In this document: positions 4,978 through 5,001 of the stretch, in pieces | Numbering within the stretch: the stretch's first letter is position 1 | Layout of the letters: every line of letters begins with the position of its first letter | IMG/VR virus record: IMGVR_UViG_3300045988_000140 | Location: 1 to 5,001 of that record | Reading direction: 5' to 3' (one strand) | Origin: a virus | Length of the DNA: 5,001 nt | Translations under genes and position numbers: made by a program | The notes under the pieces: generated by a model | Databases searched by the model: none | Seen by the model: only the letters and a program-made list of their open reading frames with translations | Told to the model about the DNA's origin: nothing

Positions 4978-5001
4978 GTACTTATCCAATAGCTATAGAT
5001 A

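Noticed and set aside
824-4989. Extended starts given by the ORF track: TTG at 859 for VP3 and TTG at 4989 for VP1
   Set aside because: Both are TTG codons without a correctly spaced SD. The downstream ATGs are preferred: ATG 823 has GGAG 5 nt upstream, and ATG 4977 gives the canonical VP1 N-terminus.
746-4992. The + strand ORFs (746..1198, 1267..1596, 3496..3816, 4492..4992)
   Set aside because: All are antisense to well-supported Microviridae genes, and Microviridae express genes from the viral-sense strand only. The translations are K/R/I/N-rich low-information sequences typical of antisense frames.
1-5001. CRISPR arrays, tRNA or rRNA genes, transposase or IS ends, and toxin-antitoxin or defence cassettes
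   Set aside because: I saw no spaced direct repeats, no cloverleaf-compatible segments and no additional large ORFs. The genome is fully accounted for by the microvirus gene set and the structured non-coding region.

Overview
The window is one complete, circularly wrapped genome of a small ssDNA phage, a Gokushovirinae-like member of the Microviridae. Bases 1..55 are identical to 4947..5001, which gives a 4946-nt unit. All credible genes lie on the - strand, so the window is the reverse complement of the viral (coding) strand. Gene order on the coding strand is: VP1 major capsid (3313..4977), a 20-aa fully hydrophobic micro-ORF (3241..3303), VP2 pilot/minor capsid (2616..3239), a 32-aa cationic amphipathic micro-ORF (2521..2619), a 40-aa arginine-rich J/ORF8-like DNA-binding protein (2391..2513), a 76-aa unknown ORF (2085..2315), the VP4 HUH rolling-circle replication initiator (1189..2106), VP5 (902..1192) and the VP3 internal scaffold (374..823). 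A 318-nt non-coding region (56..373) packed with stem-loops follows VP3. The three shortest ORFs are absent from the supplied ORF track and were found by hand translation. I saw no recognisable lysis gene, integrase, tRNA or CRISPR array. Two things deserve follow-up most. First, the two micro-ORFs fill the VP1-VP2-J gaps exactly and are candidate membrane-active or lysis peptides. Second, a perfect 16-bp hairpin is flanked by 11-nt direct repeats, and its loop on the viral strand carries ACTTGAT, the core of the phiX174 gene A cleavage site, making it a candidate replication origin. Every functional assignment rests on motif recognition by eye, because no database search could be run.
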